64,000 nt of DNA from an uncultured virus (IMG/VR IMGVR_UViG_3300028553_000005) (taxonomy: Duplodnaviria > Heunggongvirae > Uroviricota > Caudoviricetes), in the IMG/VR virus record IMGVR_UViG_3300028553_000005, positions 62,001 to 126,000 of that record; one strand, written 5' to 3'. Position 1 is the first letter of the stretch. Each line of letters opens with the position of its first letter. The position numbers and the translations under genes were made by a program. Below, one piece after another: positions 29,221 to 39,900 of this stretch. The notes beneath the pieces were generated by a model that did not search any database, was not told where the DNA came from, and saw nothing but the letters and a program-made list of their open reading frames with translations.

Positions 29221-31029
29221 TTAGAATGTGCCTCCATCAAGAGCACTTGTCCAAACCGGAACACCAGCATTAGTAACAGTAAGAAGTTGATTACTAAATG
29301 TTTGATCAGAAGTACCAGCAGCTGCAGTTACTAATAGTCCGTCAGTAGAGTTACCATATACTAGACCGTTAGTAGTAAATGTTGAACGACCTGTACCGCC
29401 TTGGCCAATTGTTAGACCAGAGATTGCAGAGAACGTTGCAGCTGTTACACGACCATAAGCATCAACACTTAACGAAGATACTGTATTGTTAGCGGCACCA
29501 GAACCTGTTGCTGTGTATGTTGAGTTAGCAAGAGTTTGTAAAGCGCCTGAGCCATTACCAACAAGAATTGCACCATTTGTAAATGAACCTTGGCCTGTAC
29601 CGCCTCTTTCAACACCCAATGTGCCAGCAGTAATCTGTGATGCATTAATTGCAATATCAGCACCAGTAGCAGCAGTTACACGACCATAATTGTCAACTGA
29701 AAGTGATGTGATTGTTTTAGCAGCAGCTAAAGAACCAGTTAATGTATAAGAAGCATTGGCAAGACTCTTTAACGAATCTGTACCATCTGCAACAACCATC
29801 TGACCAAACGTAAAGTCAGTTGATGCTACTACAGCATTATTTGCCTTATCGAAAGCAGCTTGTGCCTTGGTATCAGCATGAGTAATGTTGGTATTTTGTG
29901 TTGCATCTACGCCTTGTGTGTAGATAGTATTAGCATTTGCATTACTTGCTGTTGTTGATGTTGTATTGGCAAGGTTGTATAGACCTTGAATATGAGTATC
30001 TAAATTGATACCATTGTTAATAATGCCAGTAGATTTAACATATCCAACATTAACGTTTGCTGTGTTAAAGCTGGCGTTGGCTACATCGATACTATTACCA
30101 ATTAATTCTGGAGTGTATCCATCAAATACATAGTATTCTTTTGTACCAGCATCACGGAAGAAACCAGTATGTCTTGCAACACTACTACCATCCGTGTAAT
30201 GTCCAGCAAAACCAATGTCAACCGCATCAGAACTATTGTTCGAAGCTAAAATAATTAATGGGTCAACAACATTCAATGTAGCTGTATTAACTGTTGTATG
30301 CATACCTTGAACTGTTAAATTGCCAGCAATTGTTACAGAACCATCAATTGTTTGACTTGTGATTGCTGTATTGGAACGAACAACAGTTGTGTCAACATCT
30401 AATGTAATTGTGTTGGCTGTAATTGCCGATGTGATGCCAGCACCACCAACCACATATAGTGTTTCACCACCATCAATTTGAGTTGTACCGGAATCACCAG
30501 AAAGACCAAATGATGTGGAAATGGACTGCGTTGAAATGGCTGTAACACGTCCGTTAGCGGCAACAGTAACAACTGGAATGGCAGTAGAAGAACCGTATGA
30601 ACCAGCACTTAGACCTGGAATGGCATTAAGTGAGGCATTTAATGTAACTGCACCTGTACCATCAAAGTTAACGCCGGTAGCAGAGATGTCGCCACCAGAA
30701 ATAGAGAAACTTCTTGGTGTCTGTAGACGGACAGCAGCATTGGCAACACCGTCAATTGTACCAGAAATGAATCCTGTTACTGTGATGTTTGTAAAGGTTG
30801 AATTACCTGAAGCATCACGTTTAACGATTGTGTCTGGAGTTGCAGCCGAAGTTGCATTGTCGATTGCTTGAGTATAATAGACACCACCAACGTTGATGGC
30901 ACCGTTACCAGCGGCAGTACCTAAGAAAAGAGTATTCGATAGATACGAATAACCTAACTCACCAGCTGCCAGGGAACTTGGTCTGGTTGTGCTTGACGAG
31001 CGTTTGATTAAAATATTTGTATTTGCCAT
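29221..31029 (-). CDS. Long fibre protein
   Basis: ILIKRS...GELGYS N-terminus; repeated V(D/A)..GRVTA units; ends LDGGTF. Confidence 0.65.
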   Translation of the reverse strand: MANTNILIKRSSSTTRPSSLAAGELGYSYLSNTLFLGTAAGNGAINVGGVYYTQAIDNATSAATPDTIVKRDASGNSTFTNITVTGFISGTIDGVANAAVRLQTPRSFSISGGDISATGVNFDGTGAVTLNASLNAIPGLSAGSYGSSTAIPVVTVAANGRVTAISTQSISTSFGLSGDSGTTQIDGGETLYVVGGAGITSAITANTITLDVDTTVVRSNTAITSQTIDGSVTIAGNLTVQGMHTTVNTATLNVVDPLIILASNNSSDAVDIGFAGHYTDGSSVARHTGFFRDAGTKEYYVFDGYTPELIGNSIDVANASFNTANVNVGYVKSTGIINNGINLDTHIQGLYNLANTTSTTASNANANTIYTQGVDATQNTNITHADTKAQAAFDKANNAVVASTDFTFGQMVVADGTDSLKSLANASYTLTGSLAAAKTITSLSVDNYGRVTAATGADIAINASQITAGTLGVERGGTGQGSFTNGAILVGNGSGALQTLANSTYTATGSGAANNTVSSLSVDAYGRVTAATFSAISGLTIGQGGTGRSTFTTNGLVYGNSTDGLLVTAAAGTSDQTFSNQLLTVTNAGVPVWTSALDGGTF

Positions 31030-31065
31030 TTGTTTTCCTTATTATTAGGCGTTAACCACTATTAC

Positions 31066-31073
31066 TATTTAGA
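31066..31073 (-). promoter_or_regulatory. Late promoter variant TCTAAATA
   Basis: Overlaps stop of 31069..31305; AAGGA precedes ATG at 31029. Confidence 0.45.
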
Positions 31074-31305
31074 AATTTCCACCGTCTACGGTAGCTACAT
31101 TTATATTACCTGCTGAATCTCTTAGAACTATTGTATTTGCTGCATTTTCGGTGGTTGTGAGACCACCAATTCTAATAATTTGACCAGTCCTATCACCAAT
31201 ATAAAGTGTATTGGCTATAAAAGAATAAGCCAACTCACCATCATTGAGAGTTGTTGGTCTCGTATTTGCATACGACCGAAGTATTTGTATTGATGTATTG
31301 GACAC
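31069..31305 (-). CDS. Minimal fibre connector protein
   Basis: IQILRS...PTTLNDGELAYS; ends VDGGNF; GTG start. Confidence 0.6.
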   Translation of the reverse strand: MSNTSIQILRSYANTRPTTLNDGELAYSFIANTLYIGDRTGQIIRIGGLTTTENAANTIVLRDSAGNINVATVDGGNF

Positions 31306-31533
31306 TTAGAATGTTCCTGCGTCTAGTCCAGCCACAGCGGCCGATACTGGTGCAACAATAAACGAATCGGTTGCAGCTCTATATACCAGAACTTCTCCGT
31401 CTGCAGCACCTCTAACATCAACATCAGTAGCACCTTTAATTGTACCTGAACCGCCATAATTAATCGAGCTAACTCTTGGATTAACTGTTGTACCTACTTG
31501 TACTCTTACTGTTCCTATGGTTTGATCTGGCAT
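31306..31533 (-). CDS. Small fibre connector protein
   Basis: TDVDVRGAADGEVLVY; ends LDAGTF. Confidence 0.55.
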   Translation of the reverse strand: MPDQTIGTVRVQVGTTVNPRVSSINYGGSGTIKGATDVDVRGAADGEVLVYRAATDSFIVAPVSAAVAGLDAGTF

Positions 31534-31536
31534 TTT

Positions 31537-31875
31537 TTACCTCGTAACTGATGGAGAAACATCTACAGAACCTTCCAATATTCTTGTAATTTGGCCATTA
31601 TTTGTTCCAATAATTTTGGTATCATAAACATAACGACCTGGGGCAATATTTGCCGTTACTGCTGAAGATAAACTAAGAGTAATTGAACCTTGACCAGAAT
31701 TGACACTCGTAGTAAACGTAGCCGTGGTGTTAGCGGAATAATGTGACTTACGAATTTGGCTCTGAGCCGTATAGTTTGTCAAATCAAAGACATCTCCATA
31801 GACATCATCAACGGTGATTGTCGTAGTGAAAGAAGTACCTTGTTCGATGTATAGATTTGAATAGGCTGCCGGCAT
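31537..31875 (-). CDS. Small virion attachment protein (BppU N-terminal-like Ig fold, tentative)
   Basis: NLYIEQGTSF...DLTNYTAQSQIRK...GRYVYD...RILEG.V.VSP.VTR. Confidence 0.6.
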   Translation of the reverse strand: MPAAYSNLYIEQGTSFTTTITVDDVYGDVFDLTNYTAQSQIRKSHYSANTTATFTTSVNSGQGSITLSLSSAVTANIAPGRYVYDTKIIGTNNGQITRILEGSVDVSPSVTR

Positions 31876-31901
31876 CTTATTTTACTTATAGTTAACTATT
31901 A

Positions 31902-31909
31902 TATTTAGG
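31902..31909 (-). promoter_or_regulatory. Late promoter variant CCTAAATA
   Basis: Intergenic, upstream of ATG at 31875. Confidence 0.45.
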
Positions 31910-32506
31910 TTATACAAACGCTGGACCAGTAGCCCAAACTACTAAACTTTTTCTAATTCCTGAAGTAACTGGTGTTACTCTGTGTGTTTTAAAAGAAGGA
32001 AACATTGCTAAAAATCCTTTCTTTTTATCTACAGTCAATACTTCTCCTTGACTAGACAATATTTCTAAATTACCGCCCTCATATTCACTTGGGTCACTCA
32101 ACTGTAATACCATTGATAACTTTCTTGGTGCATCTTGTCCGTGATCTGCGTGCCACCGATAATGACCACCTTCTTCTTGTTTACCATAATATGTTGTATA
32201 TTGTATAGATTCATTGAATCCAGTAATATTAAATCGATAAAATTGTCCGTTCAACTGCCTTAATATCCAAGATAATTTATTAAATATCCATACATTCTTT
32301 TCACTGGGGTGTATCCAAGATATGTCACTTATTCGCACATCTTTTGGAGAAACCTCACCAGCATCTATCTTAGAATCTTCTTTCTCTAAAGAATCTCCTA
32401 GTTCTATTATCTTAGATATTTCTTCATCAGTAAACCCACCATTCCAAGTTACGAAATCTTGTTCTGTTATGCCAAAATTTGGTGACGGTGCAATCGCATA
32501 TAACAT
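31910..32506 (-). CDS. 2OG-Fe(II) oxygenase, prolyl-hydroxylase (PKHD/P4Hc)-like
   Basis: HYRWHAD (HxD), RKLSMVLQL, YEGG.L, FPS..THRVTPVTSG.RKSLV.W. Confidence 0.88.
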   Translation of the reverse strand: MLYAIAPSPNFGITEQDFVTWNGGFTDEEISKIIELGDSLEKEDSKIDAGEVSPKDVRISDISWIHPSEKNVWIFNKLSWILRQLNGQFYRFNITGFNESIQYTTYYGKQEEGGHYRWHADHGQDAPRKLSMVLQLSDPSEYEGGNLEILSSQGEVLTVDKKKGFLAMFPSFKTHRVTPVTSGIRKSLVVWATGPAFV

Positions 32507-32528
32507 AATAATCCACTTTCAAAAAAAA

Positions 32529-34286
32529 TTAATTAACTGTTCTGTTCCAAGATACTGTAACTGATCCTGAATTTGTTCCTGTGCCTATTCCAATAGGATA
32601 TATTCCTCTACGATTTACTGATACTGAATTATAAGACTTAGTTTCACCTGCATCACCTGTAGAACCTAACACTCCAAGTCCTGGATCTTTTCCGTCCCAA
32701 GTTGTTGGTGCTGGCGAAGCAGAACCCCCTAAAGTTGCACCTGTTCCTATATTTCCAGTAACACCGGTAGTTCCTGGATTGCCGGCCGAACCAGCATTTC
32801 CGTTACCACCAGCACCACCAGATGTTGCATTTCCATTTGCACCAGCATTTCCTACTGAACCGGCACCACCCGTTGCACCTGGACTTCCTACAGGTGACAT
32901 GCCTGTATAATCATTAGTGAGATATGGTGTGAAAGAAAAGTTTGCTGTTCCTGAAGCGCCACCTAATCCAAAACCAGAATTGTTAGAATTACCAGCACGA
33001 CCAGCAGTAGCATTTCCTGTTCCTGAATTATATCTTGCATTATTAAACCAAGAAACATGATTCATCTGACTTGATGCTGGATTAAAAAATCCAGGATTAT
33101 TTCCTAAAGGCGAACAAAATTGAGAATTTTCTGCGCCCCAATATAGAGCGGCTGCACCACCACCGCCACCACCGCCTCCACCACCTTGACTTCCAGCCGT
33201 TCCTGGATTTCCTACGCCAGCGTTGCCAGCTAAACCTCCATTGCCATTAGCTCCTGGATTTCCAGAATTTCCTGTTGCACCTTGATTTCCTGGATTTCCA
33301 ATTAATCCAGCAGCACCGCCAGCTGTTCCTGGTCCTGCTAATCCTCCAGGACTTCCTGCGCCACCTAATCCTCCAGCGCCACCATTCCATGTATAATTAT
33401 TTACTGTGTCAAAATATGTTAAATTTCCTGGTGTACCAGTTGCGCCAGTATTTCCTGGTGTTCCTGATGAACCAAAGTTACCTGCATTACCTGGATTTCC
33501 TGCTGTACCGTCTTTACCAACCCATGTTGATGGCGCTGCACCGCCAGAACCTGCGGTAACAATTGCACTTCCTGGTGTACCTGCTGTGCCGGTACTTCCT
33601 GGAGTTCCTGGATTTCCTGGTGATCCTGACCCTCCAGTTGATCCACCATCACCACCATAACCACCCATAATAGGGGTGTAAATAGTGTTGCTGACCAAAT
33701 TTGTAGTTCCAATTGCTGATTGAGGATATACAACATTTCCACTTCCTGATCCAATAGCCGTCATACCATAAGACCTTGGACTAAGGCTGCTGTGTACTGC
33801 TCCAAGTCCTCCAGTGCCTCCTCTACCACTTGCTGCATTACCACTAGGTCCCCTAGGAGCATTTACAGGTTGAACAACAAATCCACTAGTATTTGACCAA
33901 GAAACTCCACGATTTGTAAGTGAGGTAACTCCTCTTGAACCTCCAGGACCTCCAGCACCACCGTTACCACCAGCACCTGCAGTGCCAGCTGTACCTGGAT
34001 TTCCTGCTGTACCAGCTGTTCCCGGATTACCTAATGCACCTGCATTACCGCCAACACCACCTGGACCACCAACGCCATTTGAACCTGGATTCCCAGCATT
34101 TCCTGGATTTCCAATAGTACCCGGTGTTCCTGTATTACCTCTTGCACCTTGAATACCTTGCGCACCAAATCCCGATAGGTTAACTTGTGTTATGCCTAAA
34201 GGGATTTGAAAATTTCCAGGACTATTGAAAGTTCTTGAACCAGAACTTACTACACCTTGTTTAAGTGTGCGAAAGGCAACAGGCAT
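32529..34286 (-). CDS. Collagen-like (Gly-X-Y) fibre protein
   Basis: Several interrupted G-X-Y runs, e.g. GTPGTIGNPGNAGNPGSNG and GSPGNPGTPGSTGTAGTPG. Confidence 0.8.
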   Translation of the reverse strand: MPVAFRTLKQGVVSSGSRTFNSPGNFQIPLGITQVNLSGFGAQGIQGARGNTGTPGTIGNPGNAGNPGSNGVGGPGGVGGNAGALGNPGTAGTAGNPGTAGTAGAGGNGGAGGPGGSRGVTSLTNRGVSWSNTSGFVVQPVNAPRGPSGNAASGRGGTGGLGAVHSSLSPRSYGMTAIGSGSGNVVYPQSAIGTTNLVSNTIYTPIMGGYGGDGGSTGGSGSPGNPGTPGSTGTAGTPGSAIVTAGSGGAAPSTWVGKDGTAGNPGNAGNFGSSGTPGNTGATGTPGNLTYFDTVNNYTWNGGAGGLGGAGSPGGLAGPGTAGGAAGLIGNPGNQGATGNSGNPGANGNGGLAGNAGVGNPGTAGSQGGGGGGGGGGAAALYWGAENSQFCSPLGNNPGFFNPASSQMNHVSWFNNARYNSGTGNATAGRAGNSNNSGFGLGGASGTANFSFTPYLTNDYTGMSPVGSPGATGGAGSVGNAGANGNATSGGAGGNGNAGSAGNPGTTGVTGNIGTGATLGGSASPAPTTWDGKDPGLGVLGSTGDAGETKSYNSVSVNRRGIYPIGIGTGTNSGSVTVSWNRTVN

Positions 34287-34287
34287 C

Positions 34288-34620
34288 TTACCTGCCTATT
34301 GCGTAAAGGTCTTTTAACTTGCTAGTAATTTCATCATATCCAACTAAAACTTTTCTTGGGTAATGTGAAATTGGCAAATCTTCAACAACTTCACAATAAA
34401 CAATAAAGGGAAGCTTAGTGATAGCAGCTGGTTGGTCTGGAGTTACAAACCAAAGATTTACTGTATCAATAACTTCTTGACATTGGTTCTCATCGGTATA
34501 AAAGAGATGAACAAAGTTGATGTTGTTGTCATCCATCCACTTTTTAACCCGATAACAATCAGCTGCGTCAGCTGTTAAGCCAGCATACAAATGAATATCA
34601 TCAATTTTGACAAAAGACAT
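34288..34620 (-). CDS. Glutaredoxin/thioredoxin-fold-like small protein lacking CxxC
   Basis: ADCYRVKKWMDDNNINF...KLPFIV pattern; AAGGAG ribosome-binding site. Confidence 0.4.
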   Translation of the reverse strand: MSFVKIDDIHLYAGLTADAADCYRVKKWMDDNNINFVHLFYTDENQCQEVIDTVNLWFVTPDQPAAITKLPFIVYCEVVEDLPISHYPRKVLVGYDEITSKLKDLYAIGR

Positions 34621-34737
34621 TTTTTTATTACTCCTTTTAATTAATTAAAAAACTACTAAAACTAAAATTGCTTTTTGGAATCTTGGAATCACGAAAAATT
34701 AATTTTGGGGCTCCGAGCGTCCAGACCTTTTTGTATT

Positions 34738-36741
34738 TTAGTAGGCGTTAGCCATAGCAAAAGCACCAAAATACGTTGATCCACCATTAAATGTAAAATA
34801 GGTCAAAACATCTGTTGCATTTGGACCTACAGATAATGCCGGAGCAATACCATCCGAGTATTTAGCCGTTGGCAAGGTTACAACTCTGCCACCCGTAACA
34901 TCTTGTGTCAATATCAATGTAACAGAGAACAAGTTTCCTGAAGTCGGTGCACCAGTGAACGAAAGTGTTGTATTGGTACCCAAAGTTAAATTGAAAATGT
35001 TGGAATCTGCTAGATTTATTGCATATGTTGATGTGGTAACTGTTGCAGTATTTACATATTCTTTGTATGCTCGTAATTGAACACTTTGTAGAGCAGCCGC
35101 TGATGAATTAGCTGAATTAAAAGCAGCCTGTGCAAGAGTGGTAGCAACGTTAGCTTGTCCGTAACCAGATGTGGAAAATGTTTCAACTACGGTCAATCTT
35201 GTGTTCTGTGTAGCATTTGTCGTAACGGAAAGATTTGCTGTTTCAAAAGCAGCTTGAGCTAATATTGTAGCCGCATTGGCCTGAGCAAATGCCGGTTGAA
35301 CTTGTGGAAATACGTTGTTAGCAGCTGCAAATGAGGCATTAGCATGAACAAAAGCTGCATTGGCATGTGTGTATGCCGAGAACGTAATATTATTAGTTGC
35401 GTTAGCCTGTGAGTATGCTGAGTGTGCATACTGATTAGCTGCATTGGCTTGTGAGTAACCAGAAGCAGCATAGGTATCTACAGCTGTAATTCTAGTGTTT
35501 TGCCATGTATCAACACCTTGAATAATAATGGTATTGGATTGTGCTGAATTGGCAGTAAGATATGCTGCATTGGCATGATTAAAGCCAGAATTTGCGTGCT
35601 GATAGGCACTTTGAGCATATCTTTCTGTATTTGCTACATACAATGTTAAAGTTACATTTGTTGTATTTGCAAACGCATATGCTCCATGAGCATAGTTATT
35701 AACAGTATTGGCATAATCATAAGAAGCATTTGCATGTACAAAGGCTGCATTTGTGGCATTGTAATTTGCTTGAGCATATCTTAATATGGTATTCGCAGCA
35801 AACGATGTTGCTACGTTAAATGTGTTGGTTGATAAAACAGAATTATCTACATGCTTTGTTGTAATAATCTGGTTATATGTTGTTGTATTAGAACTATTGA
35901 CATCTCGTAAGTCCCAATACGAATTTGCATCATTCCAACGAATTTCAGCATTCATTGACGCTGGGCTCATACCAGAACGTCTATTAATCACCAAATAAGA
36001 CGATTGACCGTCATTTGTTCCTGTATTTGCTCTGAGTGTAAATGTGTTGGAATCAGTAATTGTTACACCGTTAATTGTGAAGTTACCACCAACAGTTAAA
36101 CCACCAGTAATCGATACAGTACCATCAACTGTACCACCACCAGCTGCAAATTTTGTATTTGCTAAATCAAAAGCTGCATTGGCGTGAGTGTAACTTCCGT
36201 TAGCATGATTGAAAGCAGCTTGTGCTAATACGTTGGCTGCGTTAGCTTTACTAAATCCTGTGTTTGCATGTAAGAATGCAGCATTTACATAAGCACTATT
36301 TAAAGTGTTAACATTAATTACAGAAGATGTTACTGTATTGGCAATAACACTATTGATGTTTGCAAAACCATTGATTGTTGCATTATTTGAAACTAATAAT
36401 CCAGTACCAGTGCTATTTGCTGTTATTAAACCACTAAAAATTGATGGACCAGCATTTGTTAGTCCTAGTGTTGTGTTTGTAAAATATACTTGTTGGTCTA
36501 CACGAAGGTTGTTTTGTATATAAGCAGAAGAACCTGTTCCTTGAACTTGTAATTGGCCAGCAATCACAGCCACATTGGCAACCTGTAAACCTAAACTTGG
36601 ATCATTTAAATAAAGTGTTCCAGTAGGTTTAACATAATTGTTTGCTGCCAAATCATTATTTTCTTTTGCAAGATTATTGGTTACAGATACCCAATCTTCA
36701 AAAGTATTATTTAAATTTAATAAAAAAACTGTGTTAGCCAT
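34738..36741 (-). CDS. Baseplate-attached long fibre protein
   Basis: NTFEDWVSVTN N-terminus; long A(Y/F).HAN coiled coil; C-terminal INLADSNIFNLTL..TQDVTGGR domain. Confidence 0.65.
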   Translation of the reverse strand: MANTVFLLNLNNTFEDWVSVTNNLAKENNDLAANNYVKPTGTLYLNDPSLGLQVANVAVIAGQLQVQGTGSSAYIQNNLRVDQQVYFTNTTLGLTNAGPSIFSGLITANSTGTGLLVSNNATINGFANINSVIANTVTSSVINVNTLNSAYVNAAFLHANTGFSKANAANVLAQAAFNHANGSYTHANAAFDLANTKFAAGGGTVDGTVSITGGLTVGGNFTINGVTITDSNTFTLRANTGTNDGQSSYLVINRRSGMSPASMNAEIRWNDANSYWDLRDVNSSNTTTYNQIITTKHVDNSVLSTNTFNVATSFAANTILRYAQANYNATNAAFVHANASYDYANTVNNYAHGAYAFANTTNVTLTLYVANTERYAQSAYQHANSGFNHANAAYLTANSAQSNTIIIQGVDTWQNTRITAVDTYAASGYSQANAANQYAHSAYSQANATNNITFSAYTHANAAFVHANASFAAANNVFPQVQPAFAQANAATILAQAAFETANLSVTTNATQNTRLTVVETFSTSGYGQANVATTLAQAAFNSANSSAAALQSVQLRAYKEYVNTATVTTSTYAINLADSNIFNLTLGTNTTLSFTGAPTSGNLFSVTLILTQDVTGGRVVTLPTAKYSDGIAPALSVGPNATDVLTYFTFNGGSTYFGAFAMANAY

Positions 36742-36756
36742 TTAAATTCCTATGTA

Positions 36757-36954
36757 TTATTTTTCTAACATTGAAAATATTTTATTTAACATCTGTTTCA
36801 TCTCACCAATGTCAGATTTTAAAGAATCAATATCTTTTTTCATTTCTTGTTTCTTTTTGTAATCCAATAGTGCAGCAGCATTAGTATTTAATATAGCTTT
36901 ACTATCCATGTCTTTTACCAAATTGGCGTGTTCTTGAACTTTATATAATCTCAT
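36757..36954 (-). CDS. Small hypothetical protein
   Basis: NLVKDMDSKAILN followed by a coiled coil; directly after the large structural gene. Confidence 0.6.
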   Translation of the reverse strand: MRLYKVQEHANLVKDMDSKAILNTNAAALLDYKKKQEMKKDIDSLKSDIGEMKQMLNKIFSMLEK

Positions 36955-36956
36955 AG

Positions 36957-39900
36957 TTATGCCGTTGCGATTGCTCTAAAATTCTTAATTCTAGGAACTA
37001 TTGCTGGATTGTCAGAATACATCACAATCTTAATAGCAAACACTTTAAAGTTTGTATATACTGAACCAGTAGAAACATCACTATATGTAATGTTTAGTGC
37101 CTGATAGGTATCTGTTGTATAATCACTTACTCCAGTAGACTCTAAACTTCCACCAACAGTAAATTTAGGATTCATCAATACATATGGTTGACTATCAAAA
37201 CTGTTTTGGTCATTTGAGTTCAAAACTTTATAGTACACTTCAATCTTTGTTCCAGGTCTACGATTTACATCTAAAAATACTGTTAAACCAGATGAATCAA
37301 AGTTATTATTAAGTGTTACTCGTTTTGTTATATATTTAGCAATACTTCCATTGTTGCCAAAGCCAGGTAAAAGTTCTAATGCAGTATTTGATGATTCATT
37401 GACATAATTAGTAATATTATTTTTTACCAATATTGCATTGAGTCGTTCTAGATCAACAACAGGAGATGTCCATTTATCAACGTTTTCAATTGTTGAACGA
37501 ATGATAATATTACCATTTGCTGAGTGAATTTGTCTTGTATTGAAAACGTTATTCTCATTTGCAAACACATTTACTTCACCAGATTGAACTGAAGTGCCTT
37601 TGTCAACAGTCAACATTTTATAACCAACAGAACCATAATTACTAAATGTTAAATCTTGAGTCATTAGATTTAATAAATCATATTCAATTGCTGGGTTTGA
37701 AGCTATTGAAGTTGTATCAAATGTTCCTCGACCTCCAGCAAAATCACATATATTTAATTTAAATGCTAATTGTTCATTTGGTGCGGCAACCCAAGTTGAA
37801 GCATTCTGTGACCTGAATAAAGATCCACTATATGTTACTTGTGAAACAATTCTATCGGTGCCAAATTGAGTTTCACCAACTTTAGAAGCATACACATTAT
37901 AAAGTTTTGAATCGGTTGCCAACATTAATGAATATTGACCAGGTTTCAAATAGATTGGATTACTAAATGTAAATGTTGTTGGTAATCCAAGAGCTTGTTC
38001 TATCAAAGTTTGATCTGGTACAACAATATCGTTTGGATTCAAATAAACGACTGAATCAGGAATATCCGTTTCAGCATCAGGATATCCATTAACAGTTGGT
38101 CGAATACGAACACTAACAGGAGAAACAGGATCCTTTGTAGCAAAGTGTATATCTACAGATGAAATAAACACACCTCTTGGGAATTGAATTGGATTAACAA
38201 AGAAGTTTTGTGATAACGGATCAATTCCATCCAATGCACAATTACCAACTGAACCTTTTGCTGTAGAGTATTGTGATGAATTACTTGGGTCAGTAGCAAA
38301 CTGGCCAGCTAAAGTTACTAATTCTTCTGGACCATATTGTGCAACAATATCTCGTATCTTTGCAACAGTATTTGTTTCCCAAGTCGCATCACCAGCTAAA
38401 GCCAACTGATATGCGTGCAAATAAACGGCTGCCATTTGCGTTCCTGTTGGTATAGATCCTGTAGCCGCATACAAAGCACCATATAAACCATCGTTTGCAG
38501 AACTGGTGCCTGTACCAAAACTGTCAGTAATACCGATTAATAAATCAGAATTTGCAGCCGTCACACCACTTGTTAACATTAGATTTTGTATTTGTGATGT
38601 TATTAATGCTTTACCTTCTACAAAACTTAATGAAGTATTGTTATAGGCATCAGCAACAAAAGCAGCAGCTGCAGTAACAGTTGATGATGTAGTTGCTTGA
38701 TTATACATTGTGAAACTTGATTGAGTTCCAGTAAATGTATAACCATTTTGAGTTGTTGATGTTCCGGATAATGTGCCTCCAGTACCACCAGATGCACCTG
38801 TTAAATTCAGAACAGTTTGACCTGTTGTGCTGCCGGTTCGAACTGTTATACTTGCAGTGAAATCAGAAACACCAGGAATTGTGCTAACAATAGGAACAGT
38901 AAATGTTGTGTTCGAACCGGCAGCAGAATTCAAATATGCATAAATCGATGCACTACCACCATATATCTGTGTTGATGGTCTAATAGCAATACCATAAGTT
39001 CCTGGACCTGGTGTTGGTGCAGGAGGAGGTGGTGGTAACACCACAGCTGGCGGTGCCGGTGGAGTTGGCGGTGGCACCGGCTTAATTGGAGGCGGTGGTG
39101 GAGGTGGAATCTGTGGAGTTGTTACTGGAGGTCTTGTGCTAACAACATCTTCATTTGTATCCAATAATCCTTTTGCTGTGAATATTGCTTTAGCATATGT
39201 TTGTGATCTAGAAGGATTTAAGAAGTTGTCTGTAAATTCAACAGATAAAGCACCCGTTGGGAAATGAACCAATCGATCATTTGGTATCAATATTGTACCA
39301 GATGCTTCACCATGAATATTTGTTACAAGTTCTGCACCAGTAAACGAAGATTGTCTAATTCTCAAAACTGGAGCCACAGCATAAGATGATGTTGTTAAAG
39401 ATACGTTTGCAGTAGTTAAATCATAACCACGGCCGTTTTGTAACATTCTAACATTCGTAATTGCACCGCCAGAAACGTTAGCTCGAGCAATTGCAGGAAT
39501 TGTGTTAGCACCAGTAATCGATACAATAGAAAGGTCATTTCCATTAGTTAATCCTGATCCACCATTTACAATATCAATAAATGGAACACTTGATGTTGAA
39601 GTGTAAGTTGGAGTAACATATGCATCAATACAAACACCATTCATAAACACATGTAATAAAGTGTTTGGTGCCATACCATAAACAGTAAATTCAAATGGTT
39701 TACTTCTTGCGTAAGGAACAACTGCATTAGAAACTACTTTAGTTGTTCTGATTGATGAACGCACACCAGGCACAGACATCCAAGACATTGTTTGTCTAAA
39801 TTTTACAGTACTAGGTGTTGTATAAGATGGTCGACCTGATTGAGCATCTCTTGCTGTAGTGATTACACTTTCTCTTTCTGCTAGTCTTGATAAAGTGGCT

